DNA of 64,000 nucleotides from an uncultured Pseudomonadales bacterium (GCA_964447905.1 CAYUUK010000002.1:21176-85175); one strand, 5' to 3'; numbered from the stretch's first letter, positions 36,541 to 46,264 are shown. The notes: generated by a model from the letters alone, not told the origin. Program-made: numbers and translations.

Positions 36541-37809
36541 ATGTTAGACATTCAATACATTCGCGAGCACGCGGACCATCTCAAAGCCGCCGCCGCCAAC
36601 AAACAACTCAATCCAGAAGTGGTAGACACCGTTCTCAAAATTGACGAACAACGCCGCAACCTCATCAAGACCGTGGAAGACCTCCGGCGCCAAAGCAACG
36701 AACTGCAACGCGGCATCAAAGGTCGTCGCCCAACTGAAGAAGAAATGGCTCAAGGCAAAGAGCTAAAAACCCAGCTCAAAGAAGTCGAGCCACAGCTCAA
36801 AGAAATCGCAGACCAGTTCACTCTGGCCATGCTCGCAGTGCCAAATCCAGCCAGTGACGACACACCAGTTGGCAAAGACGAAGAGGGCAACGTGGTTGTT
36901 CGTACCGAAGGCCAAAAACCAACCTACGACTTCCAGCCCAAAACCCACGACCAACTCATGACCGAAATGGGCGGTCTCGATACCGAACGCGCCGTAAAAA
37001 TTGCCGGGAGCCGTGCCTATTTCTTGCGCGGTGACATCATGCTTTTAGAACAGGCGCTGCTACAATTCGCGCTCAAGCTCATGGTCAGCCACGGCTTTAC
37101 ACCCCACGCTGTTCCGGTCATGGTCAAAGAACAGGCCTTTATTAACACCGGCTACGGCCCATGGGGCATGGACGATATCTACCGCAACCAAGACGGCGAG
37201 GGATTGATCGGTACCGCCGAGGTTCCACTGACTGCCTACTACCAAGACGAAATCCTGCGTGAAGATGATTTACCAATCAAAATGGTTGGCATGAGCCCGT
37301 GTTTCCGCCGCGAAGTGGGCAGCTATGGCAAAGACACCCAAGGCGTCTTACGCGTGCATACCTTCAATAAAGTGGAACAAGTGGTCTACACCGTGGCCGA
37401 TGAAGCAGTCACCCGCGAGTGGCATGAAAAAATGCTCGGCTTCTCGGAAGAACTGTTGCAAAAACTCGGCCTCCATTATCAAGTGCTCTTAATGTGTACG
37501 GGCGACATGGGAGCCGGCCAACGCCGCAAATTCGACATCGAAACCTGGTTCCCCGGACAAGACCGCTTCCGCGAAACCCACTCGGACAGCTACTTCAATG
37601 ATTTCCAAGCTCGCCGCTTAAACATTCGCTACCAGGCCAAAGACGGCACTATTAAACATGTGTACACGCTCAACAACACAGTAGCCGCTACGCCACGCCT
37701 TTTGGCGGCGGTGGTCGAGAACTACCAACAGGCTGATGGTTCGATCGTGGTACCGGAGGTGTTAAGGGAGTTTATGGGGAAAGAGAAGATCAGAGCTACA
37801 GAGCAGTGA
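36541..37809 (+). CDS. serS: seryl-tRNA synthetase
   Basis: N-terminal coiled-coil arm plus a class II core (motifs 2 and 3, FRREVGS..., GQDRFRETHS). 422 aa. Confidence 0.9.
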   Translation: MLDIQYIREHADHLKAAAANKQLNPEVVDTVLKIDEQRRNLIKTVEDLRRQSNELQRGIKGRRPTEEEMAQGKELKTQLKEVEPQLKEIADQFTLAMLAVPNPASDDTPVGKDEEGNVVVRTEGQKPTYDFQPKTHDQLMTEMGGLDTERAVKIAGSRAYFLRGDIMLLEQALLQFALKLMVSHGFTPHAVPVMVKEQAFINTGYGPWGMDDIYRNQDGEGLIGTAEVPLTAYYQDEILREDDLPIKMVGMSPCFRREVGSYGKDTQGVLRVHTFNKVEQVVYTVADEAVTREWHEKMLGFSEELLQKLGLHYQVLLMCTGDMGAGQRRKFDIETWFPGQDRFRETHSDSYFNDFQARRLNIRYQAKDGTIKHVYTLNNTVAATPRLLAAVVENYQQADGSIVVPEVLREFMGKEKIRATEQ

Positions 37810-37957
37810 TTAAATAGCAATAAATTGGAACAACTCGAAAGTGAACACCTAACCCTCTCTGCTTGATATAATGTTAGGTTTGATACCAACTTCAGTATTA
37901 ACTTTTATTGTGGTAACTATGTAGATGTGTCCCGTAGAAAAGACCGGTTTATGAAAA

Positions 37958-38329
37958 CTATCCTCTTAAAAAGAAAACTGCACCACCACTAATTAGGGCA
38001 ATTATAATTGTCCAGACCACAAAACCAACTTGCTTCGCATACCTTGCCAGAGCTTTTCTATCAGATTGATCTATAAAGTCCGAAAGTGTTGTTCTCAAGT
38101 TATCGTCTGTTTTTAGTTGTGCAACCAGAACTTCTGAAAACATTTCTCTGTATTTTACGGCGTTTCTAGAGCATTCAAGAAAAGTGTTGGCGATACTCTC
38201 GTTACTACCAAAATTAGACTGCATTGTTGCTGCCCAATCAAACAGCTTAGCAATTTCCTGTTCATGCTTATCAGTTTTTTGAGTAAGCTCGTCTGGATTG
38301 AAGTCAGTCTTTTTTGCCATGACTATCAC
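37958..38329 (-). CDS. hypothetical protein with a C-terminal TM anchor on a low-GC island
   Basis: 123 aa, C-terminus VGFVVWTIIIALISGGAVFFL. Overlaps the upstream 80-aa ORF by 4 nt (ATGA), which suggests translational coupling. Confidence 0.4.
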   Translation of the reverse strand: MIVMAKKTDFNPDELTQKTDKHEQEIAKLFDWAATMQSNFGSNESIANTFLECSRNAVKYREMFSEVLVAQLKTDDNLRTTLSDFIDQSDRKALARYAKQVGFVVWTIIIALISGGAVFFLRG

Positions 38330-38568
38330 TCTTCTTTTTTGAGCAAGCTATCGGCAGGTGAGAGTGCTACTTTTTTCCCATTTTCGGTAACATATACAGC
38401 GTTATCTTTAGCTTTGGTTAAAACAGCAAGGGCAAATCTTAAGACACTTGGCTCATCAACAAATTTCCATTCTTCCATGATTTTTTGTAGCGCCTCTAAG
38501 TCACCGTTATCAATCTCAAGGATAATTTTACCAGCCTTAGAGTCGTTAGAAATTTTCTTAATTGCCAT
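38326..38568 (-). CDS. hypothetical 80-aa protein on the low-GC island, first gene of a two-gene module
   Basis: MAIKKISNDSKAGKIILEIDNGDLEALQKIMEEW... No recognisable motif. AT-rich codon usage distinct from the flanking core genes. Confidence 0.35.
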   Translation of the reverse strand: MAIKKISNDSKAGKIILEIDNGDLEALQKIMEEWKFVDEPSVLRFALAVLTKAKDNAVYVTENGKKVALSPADSLLKKEE

Positions 38569-38743
38569 ATTAATAAGTATACACTAATTAGAAAATTAAA
38601 AGGAACTTAATTCGGGTTTTCTCTGGATTTACTTCAATATTCATTGTATACTATGCTACTCTCAACAGCATCTTTGTGAGAACGTAATGTTTTCCATGGA
38701 TCTGTCGGGTTTATAAACTAAACAAAAGCCTCAGCTGGATCCG

Positions 38744-38959
38744 CTAGATTTTGCTGGGGTTTTTTGTTGCTTTTGGCTTTTTCTTCACCTTTCGATAAAT
38801 GGGAAAGCACTTCTTCCCATAGTTCTTGGCGTAAATCACTTTACCGCCTTTTACCCGCCTACTGGCGAAACAGCCGATATAAACATAATCGACATTTTGT
38901 GGGTTTGTGTTTTGGGATAAGTTCTCCATAGGAGTCCTTTCTCTTGTAGACAGACCCAC
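38744..38959 (-). pseudogene. IS1595-family (ISXO2-like) transposase fragment
   Basis: NVDYVYIGCFASRRVKGGKV resembles the IS1595 transposase block EVDETYFGGKRKGKRG. It is too short, and out of order relative to the second fragment, to be functional. Confidence 0.4.
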
Positions 38960-39112
38960 AGGTGCAGTACGTCCTCACAAAAATGCTGAAAATTGTTGAA
39001 AAATGAATATAGTTATTCCCTGTGTTGATGACCAGCCGATGAAAGCCGTCCGAATAGGCCAGTAGAAACTGGCCATCAACGCAGAGAACAACAATAGTTT
39101 CGGACTATTTAT

Positions 39113-39479
39113 TCAATCGTTCAATTCTACTTGTTCAAGAGCAAACACAAAATATAGTGCCTTACAAGCAAGCATGGTACTAGGTGTAGCGTTTTCGATC
39201 AAGTGGTAGTTTTTTAGCGCAAATGCTAGTATAGGCAATGACTGTACTGTAACAAAAGATGTATTCGGATCACTTATTAAGCGTGCAACACAATCCCTTC
39301 CATAAGAAAATGGAAAATGTGCTGATGAGAATTGCAAGCATTGTAACGAAAGCCTGAGAAACAGCGTGATACGTTCCGTTGATCGAACGCTTCAGCTGTG
39401 ACCAAAATCCCTCGATAGATTTGGTGTGTACTTCACCTATGACATACTGTTTTCTTCCGTATGTTCTATCAACTTCCAC
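39113..39479 (-). pseudogene. IS1595-family transposase remnant, internally deleted and frameshifted
   Basis: EVDRTYG...VHTKSIEGFWSQLKRSINGTYHAVS matches the IS1595 DDE-domain block TNTIESFWSLLKRGxxGTYHHVS. It continues in a second frame (39113..39337). Confidence 0.55.
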
Positions 39480-39518
39480 CCTCCCGGTACATCTTCCCTG
39501 GCCATACCACTAAAGTAC

Positions 39519-39526
39519 TGTATAAT
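39519..39526 (+). promoter_or_regulatory. extended -10 TGTATAAT 8 nt upstream of the pyrG ATG; leaderless arrangement
   Basis: TG+TATAAT read directly. ATG at 39535. Confidence 0.45.
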
Positions 39527-39534
39527 AAACTTCC

Positions 39535-41256
39535 ATGAGCAATCATGGCACTTCATCTTCAACCTCTTCCAAAAAGAAGCCCTACGCGCCAATCGGATAT
39601 ATCTTTATATCTGGGGGAGTTTTGTCGTCTCTCGGTAAAGGAACGACCACTGCTTCGGTAGCATACCTCCTCAAATCGCGAGGGTATCGTGTCTCGATTG
39701 TGAAGTGTGAAAACTATCTCAACATCGATGCTGGCCTTATTAACCCGATCGAACACGGCGACGCCTTCCTCTGTGAAGACGGGACCGAGTCCGACATGGA
39801 CCTCGGCACCTACGAGCGTTTTCTGGGTCAAGAAATGGGTCTCCATAACTTCGTTACTATGGGACAGGTCTACAAAAGCGTGATCGAGCGCGAACGCGCC
39901 TTTGGCTACGACGGCGAAGACGTGGAAGCCGTCCCGCACGTTACCGACGAAATCATCAGCCGCATCAACAATGCCGGAGAGCGCGACAACGCCGAGATCA
40001 TCATCATCGAACTCGGTGGCACCGCTGGTGAGTACCAAAATATTTTGTACTACGAAGCCTCTCGTATTCTGGACTACAGTAGCGAAACACCAGTGGTCCA
40101 CGTGCACGTCAGCTACATGCCCACCCCCTCTCACATTGGCGAACCAAAAACGAAACCCACGCAGCTCTCGGTCAAACAGCTCAACTCCATGGCCATTCAG
40201 CCGGACTTTATCGTCGCTCGGGCTAAGAAGCCTATCGACGAACGCCGCCGCGAACGCTTTGCGCTGTTCTGTCACGTCAAACACGACCACGTGATCGACA
40301 GCCCAGACCTGGAAACCATTTACGGCATTCCCATGGTCTTCGCTGACCAAGAGTTCGACACCAAACTCTTAGCCGCCATGGACATCAAAAAGCCCCGCCA
40401 GCGTAAGATACAGGAATGGACCGAGTATGTAGAAAAAGTGCGCGGTCCCAAAGAGCACATCTCGCGCATCGGCATCATCGGCAAGTACTTTGCCACTGGT
40501 GACTACGAACTGCGCGACTCCTACGCGGCCTTACTCGAAGCCCTCAATCACGCCAGCGTCGCCGCCGACACCGAAAGCGAAATCGTCTGGATCAACAGTG
40601 AGCAGCTCGAGAAAGTCGAAGACCCAGACACCCTCCTCAAAGACCTCGATGGCATCATTGTGCCGATCGGCTGGGGAGAGCGGGGAGTAGAGGGCAAGAT
40701 TCGTGGAATTCAATATGCCCGCGAAAACAAAGTACCGTACCTCGGACTCTGCTATGGCATGCAGCTGGCAGCCGTGGAGTTTGCCCGCAACGTAGTCGCC
40801 TGGAAAGACGCGCACACCGAAGAAGTCAATCCACAATCGAAACACAACGTGGTCCACATCATTCCCGAACAGCAACGCATTATGGAAAACCGCGCCTATG
40901 GCGGTACGATGCGCCTGGGTGGTTGGGACTGTCTGTTGAAAAAAGACACCCACACCTTTGAAATCTATCAAGACACCGCACACATACTCGACGCCAAACG
41001 CGGTCTTATTTCCGAACGCCATCGCCATCGCTACGAGTTCAACGACGAATTTGCAGAAGAAATGGAGAAGGCTGGGTTAGTAATTGCTGGACGCTCAGTC
41101 AAAGAAAACCTGGTAGAGTTCATTGAGCTGCCCCAAGAAGAACATCCATTCTTTGTCGCCACACAGGGACACCCAGAGTATAAATCTCGTCCGCTTGACC
41201 CGCACCCGCTATTTGTGGCCTTTATGAACGCCTCCGTCAAGCAAAACGAAAAATAG
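39535..41256 (+). CDS. pyrG: CTP synthase
   Basis: N-terminal synthetase domain (YIFISGGVLSSLGKG) and a C-terminal class I glutamine amidotransferase (GLCYGMQ with catalytic Cys, HPE). Confidence 0.9.
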   Translation: MSNHGTSSSTSSKKKPYAPIGYIFISGGVLSSLGKGTTTASVAYLLKSRGYRVSIVKCENYLNIDAGLINPIEHGDAFLCEDGTESDMDLGTYERFLGQEMGLHNFVTMGQVYKSVIERERAFGYDGEDVEAVPHVTDEIISRINNAGERDNAEIIIIELGGTAGEYQNILYYEASRILDYSSETPVVHVHVSYMPTPSHIGEPKTKPTQLSVKQLNSMAIQPDFIVARAKKPIDERRRERFALFCHVKHDHVIDSPDLETIYGIPMVFADQEFDTKLLAAMDIKKPRQRKIQEWTEYVEKVRGPKEHISRIGIIGKYFATGDYELRDSYAALLEALNHASVAADTESEIVWINSEQLEKVEDPDTLLKDLDGIIVPIGWGERGVEGKIRGIQYARENKVPYLGLCYGMQLAAVEFARNVVAWKDAHTEEVNPQSKHNVVHIIPEQQRIMENRAYGGTMRLGGWDCLLKKDTHTFEIYQDTAHILDAKRGLISERHRHRYEFNDEFAEEMEKAGLVIAGRSVKENLVEFIELPQEEHPFFVATQGHPEYKSRPLDPHPLFVAFMNASVKQNEK

Positions 41257-41279
41257 ACCTATAGCAAAGAGGAAGAGTG

Positions 41280-41288
41280 TGGTACAAT
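41280..41288 (+). promoter_or_regulatory. extended -10 TGGTACAAT upstream of rplS
   Basis: TGnTACAAT, then an AAGGAC Shine-Dalgarno and the ATG at 41326. Confidence 0.4.
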
Positions 41289-41325
41289 ACTTTCCTCGAC
41301 AACGTGAATTCCGTAAGGACTATTT

Positions 41326-41661
41326 ATGAGCAAATACGCAACCGTACATAACACAAACATTTCTGTTGGCGACATCGTACGTGTCGGCCAAAAGATTGAA
41401 GAAGGTGGAAAAACCCGTACTCAGGTTTTTGAGGGCGTGGTCATCGCTATCAGTGGCCGTGGAAGTGGACAATCTTTTACCGTCCGTAAAATTGCCGCTG
41501 GTGGAATTGGTGTTGAGCGTATTTTCCCTGTACACAGCCCAATGGTGGAAAGCCTTACTCTCAAGCAAGCTGGTAAAGTCAATCGTGCCAAGCTCTTCTA
41601 CCTGCGTGATCGCGTCGGTAAAGCTGCTACTTCTATCAAGAAGCGTATTGTTACCAACTAA
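41326..41661 (+). CDS. rplS: 50S ribosomal protein L19
   Basis: 111 aa, ...VGDIVRV..KI.EG.K.R.Q.FEGVVIA... an L19 signature. Confidence 0.9.
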   Translation: MSKYATVHNTNISVGDIVRVGQKIEEGGKTRTQVFEGVVIAISGRGSGQSFTVRKIAAGGIGVERIFPVHSPMVESLTLKQAGKVNRAKLFYLRDRVGKAATSIKKRIVTN

Positions 41662-41753
41662 TACCTGCTTTTTTCACAGACAGAACAACACTTCTTTTCT
41701 TTAGACTGAAAAATTGTTACTTTTTCGTGCGTTTTTTTTGGCATGCTCACTGT

Positions 41754-42173
41754 ATGTCAAAAACACGCACCATCTCAACTCCTGTCTCAGCACCTGTATC
41801 AACTACTGTCCGCGGCCAAGCAGCAGAAAGCATTGCCGTGGAGTACCTACGCAAAAAAGACTTCCGTATCATCCGCAGAAACGTACACACTCCGTACGGG
41901 GAAATCGATATTATTGCTAAACAAGGAAAAGAGTATGTGTGTGTAGAGGTACGTTCGCGCACGCACGAGTCGCAAATTGCCCCAGAAACAACACTCTCGC
42001 CACAAAAATACCAGCGAATTATTCGCTCAATAATCAGCGTCCCTTGGCTCAATAACAAACCAGTCCGCATCGACTTTATTACCGTTTTGAAAGACTCAGT
42101 GCAGCACCACTATCGCGATCTTCGCTGGGACTCACTGTGTGCGGGCCATAAACTGCAGTACTCTTTCTCGTAA
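41754..42173 (+). CDS. yraN: YraN-family (UPF0102) endonuclease-like protein
   Basis: GQAAESIAVEYLRKKDFRIIRRN...GEIDIIAK....V.VEVRSR matches the YraN/UPF0102 pattern. Conserved location after rplS. The ORF-track start at 41727 includes a likely non-coding N-extension. Confidence 0.6.
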   Translation: MSKTRTISTPVSAPVSTTVRGQAAESIAVEYLRKKDFRIIRRNVHTPYGEIDIIAKQGKEYVCVEVRSRTHESQIAPETTLSPQKYQRIIRSIISVPWLNNKPVRIDFITVLKDSVQHHYRDLRWDSLCAGHKLQYSFS

Positions 42174-43106
42174 ATCGGGGAGCGCAAAACCGTAGGCATT
42201 GAGCACTTCCTCAGCTGATCCGGACTCCCCAAAGGTGTCAGCAACACCAATAATCTCTAGAGGTGTAGGTCGAGTTTGACTGAGCACTTCGGCGACAATT
42301 GAACCGAGGCCTCCATACTGTTGGTGTTCTTCGAGAGTAACAATACGTTTGGACTGCAGAGCAATTACCTGCAAGGCGTGGGCATCAATTGGCTTGAGCG
42401 TGTAGACACCAACTACACCCACAGACAGTCCGTCTTCCTCCAGTTCGTAGGCGAGCTGCAGCGCGCGGTCGATCATAATTCCCATTGCCACGATAGTGAG
42501 ATCTGAACCGGGTCGAAACTCAACCATCTCACCAAAGGGAACTGTTCCCTCACCTAAGAGTGAGCGAGTTTTTGCGCGAGACAAACGAATGTAAGCAGGC
42601 GAGTGCCGCGTGGCAATCGCCGCGGTTAAGCTGCGAGCAGAAAAGTAGTCACTTGGTACAACAATCTCCATATTGGGAAGAGCACGAATCATAGCCACAT
42701 CAGCATTCATTTGGTGCGTAGCGCCATCTGGCCCTACAGACAGACCAGCATGACCCCCAACAACTTTCACCGCGTTATTGGAGTAACAGACACTCACTCG
42801 AATCTGGTCATAGGTTCGGCCAGGCGAGAAAGCAGAAAAACTGCCAGCAAAAGGAATGAGACCTTCTTTGGCCATGCCCGCAGCCATCCCAATAAGATTC
42901 TGTTCAGCCACGCCGACTTCAAACGCGCGATCAGGAAATGCTTCGGCAAACTGATCCATACGGAGTGAACCAGCTAAATCTGCCGTGAGCGTTACCACAT
43001 TCCAGTGTTTTCGCCCCAGTTCAACGAGCATTTCTCCAAAACCATCTCGAATACTATTCAAGGGAGCAGAGTGAAACTGGTCAGATGAAACAGGGTGTCT
43101 AATCAT
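42132..43106 (-). CDS. tkt: transketolase, C-terminal (pyrimidine-binding) subunit of a split enzyme
   Basis: FEVGVAEQNLIGMAAGMAKEGLIPFAGSFSAF and the downstream transketolase C-terminal domain. Start taken at MIRHPV (43106), 2 nt after the stop of the N-subunit. Confidence 0.8.
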   Translation of the reverse strand: MIRHPVSSDQFHSAPLNSIRDGFGEMLVELGRKHWNVVTLTADLAGSLRMDQFAEAFPDRAFEVGVAEQNLIGMAAGMAKEGLIPFAGSFSAFSPGRTYDQIRVSVCYSNNAVKVVGGHAGLSVGPDGATHQMNADVAMIRALPNMEIVVPSDYFSARSLTAAIATRHSPAYIRLSRAKTRSLLGEGTVPFGEMVEFRPGSDLTIVAMGIMIDRALQLAYELEEDGLSVGVVGVYTLKPIDAHALQVIALQSKRIVTLEEHQQYGGLGSIVAEVLSQTRPTPLEIIGVADTFGESGSAEEVLNAYGFALPDLRERVLQFMARTQ

Positions 43107-43944
43107 CGTGAATATTCTCCAGTGTGTGATCAAGTGTCTGCACTTCGTTGAGTGCGCGACGTGCCTCAGCGGGTGAGGCGTGATAGTCATGCCAAGAAAA
43201 CTTTCCTTCCATAAAGCTCACTCCTCTGCCTGGTTCGGTATAGGCAATAATAACGGAAGGATCCCCATCAGCCTTAGCCTCTTGGAGAGCATGGAAAATA
43301 GCCTCATGATCATGTCCATTAATTTCGTATACCCGCCACCCAAAAGCCGCTATCTTGTCGCGGAGTGGTTCCAGAGGCAGTACATTCTCGGTCACACCGG
43401 AAATCTGTGTGTAGTTGCGATCAATCAAAACCGTGACATTATCGGTGTGGTACTTGGCTCCTGCTAAATACGCTTCCCAGGTTTGTCCTTCCTGATGCTC
43501 ACCATCACTGGTAAAAACATAGATGTGGTGTTTTCGACGCAAAAACTGGGCGGCTACAGCCATACCGATTGCTTGCGACAGTCCTTGTCCGAGTGGACCA
43601 GAGCTCGTCTCAATTCCTAATGACTCATTTTGGTGAGGGTGACCTTGCAAAGTGGCTCCCACTTGCCGTAACTGCCACAATTCCTCTTCAGGGAAGTATC
43701 CATGCAGCGCTAAAGTCGCGTAGAGAACTGGACAAGTGTGGCCATTTGAGAGCACGACTCGATCACGGTGCTGCCACGTTGGTTGTTTCGGTTTGTGTTC
43801 CAGGACCTGTCGGTAGAGTACCGCAAACAAGTCAGTCATGCCGAGCGGTCCACCCGCATGGCCTGAGCCAGCACGCTGCAGCATGGAAAGTATCAACTCG
43901 CGAATGCGTTGCGCATCATCTTGTGTGGAAAGTCGGGCAGACAT
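43099..43944 (-). CDS. tkt: transketolase, N-terminal (thiamine-diphosphate-binding) subunit
   Basis: GHAGGPLGMTDLFAVLY, GHTCPVLYATLALHGYF and GPLGQGLSQAIGMAVA TPP-binding motifs. Start taken at MSARLST (43944). Confidence 0.8.
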   Translation of the reverse strand: MSARLSTQDDAQRIRELILSMLQRAGSGHAGGPLGMTDLFAVLYRQVLEHKPKQPTWQHRDRVVLSNGHTCPVLYATLALHGYFPEEELWQLRQVGATLQGHPHQNESLGIETSSGPLGQGLSQAIGMAVAAQFLRRKHHIYVFTSDGEHQEGQTWEAYLAGAKYHTDNVTVLIDRNYTQISGVTENVLPLEPLRDKIAAFGWRVYEINGHDHEAIFHALQEAKADGDPSVIIAYTEPGRGVSFMEGKFSWHDYHASPAEARRALNEVQTLDHTLENIHDD

Positions 43945-43948
43945 ACGC

Positions 43949-44761
43949 CTATTGTAGCGAGTCTGGGGATGGCTGGAAAGTCTCGGAAGCATTTCTCTGC
44001 TGATGAGCAAATTCTGCGTCGTCATCAGTAGCGGACTCATTCCAGCGCTCCATCATTCGCTGATAGGTATTTACTAAAGAGCGAATGAGCATAATCAATA
44101 AACTAAAACAAAATGTAGTAATTACGAACAATTTCTTACCGGCTGGTAAAAAGGCAAAAATCATAAATGACACCAAAGGCAGAACTAACTGCACACGAAC
44201 CACCTCAGAACGAGACACATGGTACGGCGAGGTAATCACATTGATGGTCTCAATTAAGAAAATAAGGAAGGCTTGCAGTACATTTAATTGCCAATCTGGA
44301 TGCGTCAAGTCAAATCTCCCAAGGAACATGAGATTAAACGGCTCACTGATTTCTGGCATCCAATCGTAGAGTAAATGCAGGTCCTCACCAGAGAGACCAG
44401 TGGCAAAAATCCTCCAGAGAATCAAGGCAATCGCCACTTGAACGATAAACATAAACGCCTCTGCTAACATGATGCGAGGATTTGACCGGAGAAAACGCTT
44501 CACGGCTTGTTTTTCTTCAACCGGCTGACCTTGATACGCCTCACGAATCTCGTTTACTTTCTTCTGAATATGGCGTCGCTCTTTTTCAGAGCGGTGGCTG
44601 GCCAGTGTAATTGGTAGCAACAGCAAACGGAAGACTATGGTCAACAAAATAACCGCAATACCCATATCCCCACCAACTGGCGTCAGATCAAGTACCCAGT
44701 AGAAAAACACCAGTAAATTCAAAAAAGGCTGATAAATAATACTCGTAAAAATAGCAAACAT
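43949..44761 (-). CDS. yidC: membrane protein insertase YidC/Oxa1, short monoderm-type form
   Basis: Polytopic protein of 270 aa with conserved ...LLPITL..HRSEKE...IQKKVNEIREAY.. resembling the YidC C1 loop. Five predicted TMs. Confidence 0.55.
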   Translation of the reverse strand: MFAIFTSIIYQPFLNLLVFFYWVLDLTPVGGDMGIAVILLTIVFRLLLLPITLASHRSEKERRHIQKKVNEIREAYQGQPVEEKQAVKRFLRSNPRIMLAEAFMFIVQVAIALILWRIFATGLSGEDLHLLYDWMPEISEPFNLMFLGRFDLTHPDWQLNVLQAFLIFLIETINVITSPYHVSRSEVVRVQLVLPLVSFMIFAFLPAGKKLFVITTFCFSLLIMLIRSLVNTYQRMMERWNESATDDDAEFAHQQRNASETFQPSPDSLQ

Positions 44762-44782
44762 ACTGTGTCTGACTCTTCCTCT

Positions 44783-45325
44783 TTACTTGGCTTTCTGACA
44801 GCGCAGAATCTGAGTCGTAGAAACCTGAGGATTGTGTTTGTAGACTACTTCTAGTCTACCACCGAACTCAGCGAGAATCGCTTGCTTTTTATCCTGGTGA
44901 GGAGAGTGGCTCGAAACTGCCAAGATATCTGGACGAATAACAGCAATAAGTGAGCGATGATGCTGTGGAGCCGAGAAGGACTCGGGCAAAATACCGGCAG
45001 TATCCACGGAAGGAAAACGCAAAACCTGCTCCAGACGCGTCTGCTGCAACTGACGTGGGCGATCATCACCCTTCAAAAGCCGCACCCGCGCATCCGACTC
45101 AATGCCCACCATTAAACGGTCACCTCGTTCTTTTGCTGCCCTCAGGAAATTTTGGTGTTCCTCATGAAACAAATCAAATACGCCCGTTACGAAAACAATT
45201 GTCTGTCCTGCTGCTTTCCACTCGTTGATCTGCTCAGCTAGTGCGAGCAGTACTTCACGTTCTTCGTGGCTCCAGTCGTCTGGAAAATTAGTATTTGACT
45301 TCATTCTACCCCAAGTTCTTGGCAT
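44783..45325 (-). CDS. cytidylyltransferase-like protein (HxGH nucleotidyltransferase; TagD / RfaE domain II family)
   Basis: IVFVTGVFDLFHEEHQNFLRAAKERGDRLMVGIESD matches the (T/H)xGH nucleotidyltransferase signature of glycerol-3-phosphate cytidylyltransferase-like enzymes. Confidence 0.55.
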   Translation of the reverse strand: MPRTWGRMKSNTNFPDDWSHEEREVLLALAEQINEWKAAGQTIVFVTGVFDLFHEEHQNFLRAAKERGDRLMVGIESDARVRLLKGDDRPRQLQQTRLEQVLRFPSVDTAGILPESFSAPQHHRSLIAVIRPDILAVSSHSPHQDKKQAILAEFGGRLEVVYKHNPQVSTTQILRCQKAK

Positions 45326-46257
45326 ATTTTCTCATACCGATCGAGTGTCTGCTGTTGTGTATCGCTCGGGTGGAAAAAGGCACGATCAAAGGACACCTCT
45401 TCGCGACTCTGCTTGCGGCGAATTGAAACCATCTGTATCTGATAGAGAAGGTGGTTCAGTGCACTCCAAAGCTGTTCAGGCACCCAACGATCCCACCGGA
45501 GAATTGGTCGTGAATACGTACGCTTGGCCGCATATTTCCCGGCAATCCAGCCAGTTAGACACCACTTTTGTACCCAAATGTTTTCGGTATAAAAAGCCGA
45601 CACATCCTGCCCCCAGCGCCGATACACGGGCACCGCTTGAATGATTTCACGGGCGGTATACACATTCTGACGACCCGCTCCTAAACGCTGCGCTGGTGAC
45701 TCAAGCCAAATATTACAGCACCACTGGTCTTGTAACTGAGAAGCACGGTGATAAAAAGAGAAACGATACTTACCTAGCAAAATACCAATCGAGATCACTA
45801 AAGCTCTTACCAACCATAATCGCTGGGGTGACGTTATAAAAAGCACATCAATATCATCAGTTTCCCGCGCACTTCCAACTGCCACGCTTCCGGTGATCCA
45901 GATGGAGTCTATCCAGGGAATCCAGGACAGGGTGGTGACGAGGGAGGTGATTGCGCGCCACTTTTCCTTGGAAAAGTGGCGCGCACCCCCACGCAACACA
46001 CTTTCCACATACGCTGCAGAGACCGCATTTTTTTGCAAAGAAACAAGAGCTGAGTGAAGCTCAGACTGTGAAAACACCTGATCAGAAATTACGTATCGCG
46101 AGAGCTCACCAACGGTTAAGCGACCACGAAACAGAGAAGCGTACACCAGCGTACGTAAAACAGCTTTTTCGGTTGGAGTCCATTGTGGCTTCACTCGTTT
46201 TAGTCTAGAGCTCACTTCCGAGAAGTCAAGCTGTCGACACATTGAAAAAGAATACAC
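45301..46257 (-). CDS. LicD-like nucleotidyltransferase-fold phosphotransferase (putative CDP-alcohol phosphotransferase for glycan decoration)
   Basis: ITGSVAVGSARETDDIDVLFI resembles the LicD signature GTLLGAVR...DDDIDV. Overlaps the downstream cytidylyltransferase gene by 25 nt. Confidence 0.4.
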   Translation of the reverse strand: MYSFSMCRQLDFSEVSSRLKRVKPQWTPTEKAVLRTLVYASLFRGRLTVGELSRYVISDQVFSQSELHSALVSLQKNAVSAAYVESVLRGGARHFSKEKWRAITSLVTTLSWIPWIDSIWITGSVAVGSARETDDIDVLFITSPQRLWLVRALVISIGILLGKYRFSFYHRASQLQDQWCCNIWLESPAQRLGAGRQNVYTAREIIQAVPVYRRWGQDVSAFYTENIWVQKWCLTGWIAGKYAAKRTYSRPILRWDRWVPEQLWSALNHLLYQIQMVSIRRKQSREEVSFDRAFFHPSDTQQQTLDRYEKICQELGVE

Positions 46258-46264
46258 TCACGCT

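Noticed and set aside
38264-38587. 107-aa plus-strand ORF on the low-GC island
   Set aside because: It overlaps the two better-supported minus-strand ORFs and has a low-complexity Leu/Ser/Phe-rich composition typical of AT-rich antisense frames.
42132-43944. Transketolase split into two ORFs considered as a pseudogene
   Set aside because: A split N- and C-subunit transketolase is a known functional arrangement. Both parts are intact, with a 2-nt gap between the stop and the next start.
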